DNA of 64,000 bases, taken from assembly GCA_035297395.1 (NCBI GenBank), contig DATGZB010000004.1, positions 25,009 through 89,008 on the forward strand. The letters are read 5' to 3'. The first letter of the stretch is position 1, and every line of letters starts with the position of its first letter. Below are positions 59,696 to 64,000 of the stretch, piece by piece. Made by a program: the position numbers and the translations under genes. Origin of the DNA: Lentimicrobium sp. GTDB taxonomy: Bacteria; Bacteroidota; Bacteroidia; Bacteroidales; Lentimicrobiaceae. The notes beneath the pieces were generated by a model. The model was not told the origin of the DNA and searched no databases. It was given only the letters and a program-made list of their open reading frames with translations.

Positions 59696-60523
59696 TTATA
59701 ACATATCGCTGGGGTCCCATCCGGTTGCCAGGTGTTCATTCAGTTTATCCAATGCAATCATATCATCAGGAAGGATTTCGAAATCAAAGATCTGTTTATT
59801 TTCAGCTATCCTTGAGGTAACCGAAGATTTGGGGATTACTGCAAAACCATGCTGTATGCCCCACCGCAGCATTAGCTGCGCGGTGTTTTTCCTGTATTTT
59901 GAAGCCTTTTTGATCAGAAAAGGATCCCTGAGTTTCTCTCCTTTGGTAAGTGGACTGTAAGCAACCGGCAGGATGTTATTTTTATGGCAAAGATTGATTA
60001 TCTCAATACGACTGCCGTAAATAAAAGGATGTAGTTCCAGTTGATTGACTGCCGGGGTTATTTTGCAATGGCCAAGCAATTCATTAAGGTGTTGTACCAT
60101 ATAATTACTCACCCCGATTGCCCTTACTTTGCCTTCATTGTATAAGGTTTCAAGCGCTCTCCACGTTTCTTTCCTTTTTCCCATCACCGGCCAGTGAATA
60201 AGATAAAGATCAATGTATTCAAGTTGCAGGCGGTTGAGACTGGCATTAAAAGCGCGGATCGCCTGATCGTACCCATGGTCTGAATTCCAGACTTTGGTTG
60301 TTATAAAGATCTCTTTCCGGGGGATAATTCCTGAGTTTACTGCTTTTCCAACCGACCGTTCATTGCCATAGATCATGGCAGTGTCTATGTGCCGGTATCC
60401 TATATTAAGTGCAAATTCAATAGCTTTACGCGTATTATCGTTATCAGGCATTTGATAAACACCCATGCCAACGGCAGGTATATTTATGCTGTTGTTCAGC
60501 TTGAAAACGTTAATTTGCGACAT
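59696..60523 (-). CDS. Aldo/keto reductase
   Basis: GYRHIDTA.IYGNE, TTKVW, LIHWP, IGVSN, YSPL, IPKS. Confidence 0.95.
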   Translation of the reverse strand: MSQINVFKLNNSINIPAVGMGVYQMPDNDNTRKAIEFALNIGYRHIDTAMIYGNERSVGKAVNSGIIPRKEIFITTKVWNSDHGYDQAIRAFNASLNRLQLEYIDLYLIHWPVMGKRKETWRALETLYNEGKVRAIGVSNYMVQHLNELLGHCKITPAVNQLELHPFIYGSRIEIINLCHKNNILPVAYSPLTKGEKLRDPFLIKKASKYRKNTAQLMLRWGIQHGFAVIPKSSVTSRIAENKQIFDFEILPDDMIALDKLNEHLATGWDPSDML

Positions 60524-60668
60524 AATCCGGAACTTTCGGTTCAGTAAGAAAGTAGTTTCTTACATCAGCCTGTAGAACATGCAAATTTCCTAAAAGTTTT
60601 TCAAACATAAGCAGCCGGGAATGCCTTGTATTGAGTAATCCACTAACTTAGCAGTAAATATTCAGCAT

Positions 60669-61547
60669 ATGAAAGTTGCTCTCTTTGGAAGGGTTTGCGC
60701 AGATGACCGGTACAATTATCTTCAGTTGCTGTTAAATAAAATCCAGAATGAAGGAATTTCACTGGTTGTTTGGGAAGATTTCTTTAAATGCATTTCCACT
60801 AAGATAACTGTCAGCAATGGTGTGGCAACCTTTAACAAGCCTTCAGATATAGCAGGACAAGTTGACTACCTTATTTCAGTAGGCGGAGACGGGACCATGC
60901 TTGATGCCATTACATTCATTGGGGATTCAGCTATTCCAATGATGGGAATAAATCTGGGCAGGATGGGATTTCTTTCAAGCATACACAAGGAAGAGATTGA
61001 TGAAGCCATCAGTGCCCTTGTAAATGGGCAGATAAAGATTGAAAAACGTTCACTTATCCGTCTGGAGACAAAGGAAGGCCTTTTTGGCAGCACTAATTAT
61101 GCACTTAATGAGCTTACCGTAAACAAAAAAGATACAGGGTCAATGATCCTTGTATATGTTTATGTCAATAACACGCTTCTGAACGCATATTGGGGTGATG
61201 GTATCATTATTGCCACTCCAACCGGCTCAACTGCTTACTCCTTAAGCTGTAACGGGCCTATTCTTGCTCCCGACAGTGAGAATTTTGTAATAACTCCTAT
61301 TGCAACACACAATTTAACCGTTCGTCCGGTCGTTATTCCTGACAGTTGTGAATTAAAAGTCAGGGTGGAGGGCCGTATGTCACAGTTCCTTGTAGGATTG
61401 GACAGCAGATATGAAACAATAGATGCTACAACAGAAATGATAATCCGAAAGGAAAAATTCCATATCAACCTGGTACAGCGCCTGAACGACAATTTCTTCA
61501 CCACTATCCGGCAGAAACTTATGTGGGGTCGCGATATTCGGATTTAG
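60669..61547 (+). CDS. nadK: NAD kinase
   Basis: GGDGT, GRMGFL, LNE, DGIIIATPTGSTAYSLS. Confidence 0.95.
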   Translation: MKVALFGRVCADDRYNYLQLLLNKIQNEGISLVVWEDFFKCISTKITVSNGVATFNKPSDIAGQVDYLISVGGDGTMLDAITFIGDSAIPMMGINLGRMGFLSSIHKEEIDEAISALVNGQIKIEKRSLIRLETKEGLFGSTNYALNELTVNKKDTGSMILVYVYVNNTLLNAYWGDGIIIATPTGSTAYSLSCNGPILAPDSENFVITPIATHNLTVRPVVIPDSCELKVRVEGRMSQFLVGLDSRYETIDATTEMIIRKEKFHINLVQRLNDNFFTTIRQKLMWGRDIRI

Positions 61548-61648
61548 TCGTTTGCAGCATTCCGGTTCATGTGTCAGCGGACGGTTTTTTTGTTATTTTT
61601 GCAGCCTCAAATAATCGTTTAACCGGCTGACAGGTTATTATATTAAAC

Positions 61649-62509
61649 ATGAACGTCAATCCGCTCAATATGAATTCTTTTTCAGCTTCAGCTGTTCTTA
61701 AACTGTTATTTATTCCACTCTTTGCGCTTATCTCCGGCATGTCATTTTCACAAAGCTATGGTGAAATAGGCATCTTTGGAGGCGGAGCGTATTACATTGG
61801 CGACCTGAATCCGGGTAAACATTTCATGCTGACAAAACCTGCATTCGGAGGATTCCTCAGGCATAATTTCAATGAAAGGCTTGCAATTAAATTATCTGGG
61901 ACTTTTGGAAGTGTCGAAGGGGATGATGCGGTATCAGGTTATAATCCCGACCGTAACCTTAATTTCAAAAGTAACCTGACTGATATTTCTGCAACATTTG
62001 AGATTAATTTCTTTCAGTATTTCATCGGCAGCCTCCGGTATTATTTTACGCCTTATATGTTTGGCGGGGCAGGTGTTACGATGTTCAATCCTAAAGGGTT
62101 ATATGACGGGGATTGGTATGAACTTCAACCATTAGGAACTGAAGGGCAGGGGAGTTCAGTTTATCCCGACAGGGATCCTTATAAGAGGATAGCTTTCCAG
62201 ATTCCATTTGGAGTGGGCGTCAAATATAGCCTTAATGAATTCATCGGACTTTCCCTGCATTGGGCTATGCATAAAACTTATACTGATTACCTTGATGATG
62301 TCAGCACAACCTATTATCTTGACCTGGCAAACAGTAACCCTACAGATGTAGGTATTGAAGGACTTCTATCAGATCCTACTCTGAACCATAATACAGGGAT
62401 GCAGAGAGGCAATTCACAAAATAATGACTGGTACTCAACAGCAGGAGTCAGTGTTTCAATTATGATCAACTATGGCTCAAGCAAGAAGTGTCTTAACAAA
62501 TTTTTGTAG
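61649..62509 (+). CDS. Outer-membrane beta-barrel protein, DUF6089/PorG-like
   Basis: EIGIFGG..YYIGDLN, RNLNF, TDYLDDVS, RGNS.NNDWY; lies between nadK and uppS. Confidence 0.75.
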   Translation: MNVNPLNMNSFSASAVLKLLFIPLFALISGMSFSQSYGEIGIFGGGAYYIGDLNPGKHFMLTKPAFGGFLRHNFNERLAIKLSGTFGSVEGDDAVSGYNPDRNLNFKSNLTDISATFEINFFQYFIGSLRYYFTPYMFGGAGVTMFNPKGLYDGDWYELQPLGTEGQGSSVYPDRDPYKRIAFQIPFGVGVKYSLNEFIGLSLHWAMHKTYTDYLDDVSTTYYLDLANSNPTDVGIEGLLSDPTLNHNTGMQRGNSQNNDWYSTAGVSVSIMINYGSSKKCLNKFL

Positions 62510-62585
62510 AGCGATTAACAATTATTAACAGCATAGAAAACAAAGGCTGATTATTACTGCCTAATTTTATTCCGAATCTGAAATA

Positions 62586-63341
62586 ATGGATTTAAAGAGC
62601 AAGATAGATACCTCACGCATTCCCCGGCACATTGCCATCATCATGGACGGTAACGGCCGGTGGGCTCAGCAAAGGGGCGAACCCAGGGTTAGTGGTCATA
62701 ACCACGGAGTTGAATCTGTTCGTAAGATTGCCACGGCTGCAGCTGAGTTAGGTGTCAAGTTTCTTACCCTTTATGCTTTTTCAACTGAGAACTGGAAAAG
62801 ACCGCAATATGAAGTTGATGCATTGATGGATATCCTGGTTCATACGCTGAGTGAAGAACTTGAAACCCTGATGAAAAACAACATCAGACTGAAAGCCATT
62901 GGAGATGTATCGGGATTAACCTCCAGTTGTCATAACCAGTTGGTAAAGACAATGGAACAAACAGCCGGCAATAACAAAATGGATCTGGTACTTGCCCTGA
63001 ATTACAGCGGACGGTGGGAATTGGTTGAAGCAGCAAAGAAAACAGCCATCGAGGTGGCAGAAGGCCGTCTTACCATTGACCAGATCAACAGTGATACAAT
63101 TGATGGCTTTTTGAGTACCAAAGGAATGCCGGATCCGGAATTGCTCATACGTACAGGAGGTGAAAACCGGGTTAGTAATTACCTTCTGTGGCAAATTGCT
63201 TATTCGGAATTATACTTTACAAATATTTTTTGGCCCGACTTCAGGGAGAATAACCTCTACGAAGCAATCATCGATTACCAGAAACGCGAACGCCGTTTTG
63301 GTATGATTAGTGAACAAATTAACCAAGCGACCGATAAATGA
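62586..63341 (+). CDS. uppS: Undecaprenyl/isoprenyl diphosphate synthase
   Basis: HIAIIMDGNGRWA, YAFSTENWKRP, LIRTGGE.RVSNYLLWQ, RERRFG. Confidence 0.96.
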   Translation: MDLKSKIDTSRIPRHIAIIMDGNGRWAQQRGEPRVSGHNHGVESVRKIATAAAELGVKFLTLYAFSTENWKRPQYEVDALMDILVHTLSEELETLMKNNIRLKAIGDVSGLTSSCHNQLVKTMEQTAGNNKMDLVLALNYSGRWELVEAAKKTAIEVAEGRLTIDQINSDTIDGFLSTKGMPDPELLIRTGGENRVSNYLLWQIAYSELYFTNIFWPDFRENNLYEAIIDYQKRERRFGMISEQINQATDK

Positions 63342-64000
63342 AATTACAACATCGCCTCCTAACCATTCTACTGCTCTTTTTTTCTTTAAGTGCCTTCCCG
63401 CAGATTCGACTGGGCGATGACCTTAACACCTTTGATTACACGAATCCAAGAGAGTATATTATTGGTGGGATTACTGTTTCGGGTGTTCAGTTCCTCGACC
63501 ATAATGTGATCGTCATGCTTTCAGGTCTTCAGGTTGCCGACCGCATAGAAGTTCCCGGCGACAGGATAAAGAAAGCAATTGATAAACTATGGAAACAGGG
63601 ACTTTTTGAAGATATAAAGATTACAGCCACAAAGATCTCAGGAGACCTCATTTTCCTGAATATCGATCTGCAGGAAAGGCCCAGGTTATTAAAGTTCTCA
63701 TTCAAGGGAATCAAGAAATCTGAAGCCGATGACCTTAGGGAAAAGATTAAGCTGGTTCGCAATGATGTTGTTACTGAAAACGTACTTATCAGAACCAATA
63801 ATATTATCAGGAATCATTACACTGACAAAGGATATCTTAATACCAAAGTTCAGATAGACCAATCGAAGGATAGTTTAAAGCCAAACGAAGTAAGCCTCGT
63901 TATCAATATCGACAAAGGAAACAAGGTTAAGATCAAGAATATAAATATCATTGGCAATAAGCTTGTATCTGATAACAAGCTTAAGAAAGCAATGAAGGAG
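63338..64000 (+). CDS. bamA: Outer-membrane protein assembly factor BamA, 3'-truncated (absent from the ORF track)
   Basis: ATG at 63338 overlaps the uppS stop (ATGA). Translation MKLQHRLLTILLLFFSLSAFPQ...YIIGGITVSG...SGLQV...VPGDRIKKAIDKLWKQGLFEDI is POTRA-like. Confidence 0.9.
   Translation, partial: MKLQHRLLTILLLFFSLSAFPQIRLGDDLNTFDYTNPREYIIGGITVSGVQFLDHNVIVMLSGLQVADRIEVPGDRIKKAIDKLWKQGLFEDIKITATKISGDLIFLNIDLQERPRLLKFSFKGIKKSEADDLREKIKLVRNDVVTENVLIRTNNIIRNHYTDKGYLNTKVQIDQSKDSLKPNEVSLVINIDKGNKVKIKNINIIGNKLVSDNKLKKAMKE

Noticed and set aside
59451..59960. 169-aa plus-strand ORF
   Set aside because: Antisense to deoC and the aldo/keto reductase. The other short ORFs nested in housekeeping genes were rejected for the same reason.

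Overview
Chromosomal backbone of a Bacteroidota genome, probably Bacteroidales (T9SS C-terminal sorting domains, TAnnTTTG promoters, Bacteroidetes-type QueA/PyrC/BamA context). It holds about 52 CDS and one initiator tRNA-Met. Most are housekeeping genes (lysC, mfd, carAB, pyrC, rlmI, der, era, pdxJ, tatC, queA, lptB, kdsD, recQ, deoC, nadK, uppS, bamA). I see no transposase, integrase, prophage, CRISPR or rRNA. The most interesting items are: (1) a structured 167-bp tandem repeat that duplicates the 3' end of tRNA-fMet; (2) a SusD-less TonB-dependent transporter, an OB-fold-type lipoprotein and a secreted EEP nuclease, which together look like an extracellular DNA scavenging module; (3) many intergenic short tandem arrays (7-, 10- and 11-mers, some inverted, some overlapping stop codons) plus several REP-like palindromes, one of which supplies the carA C-terminus; (4) a cluster of T9SS cargo genes, including a 1353-aa protein with three copies of an unrecognised domain. 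All product calls come from motif recognition by eye; no database searches were run.
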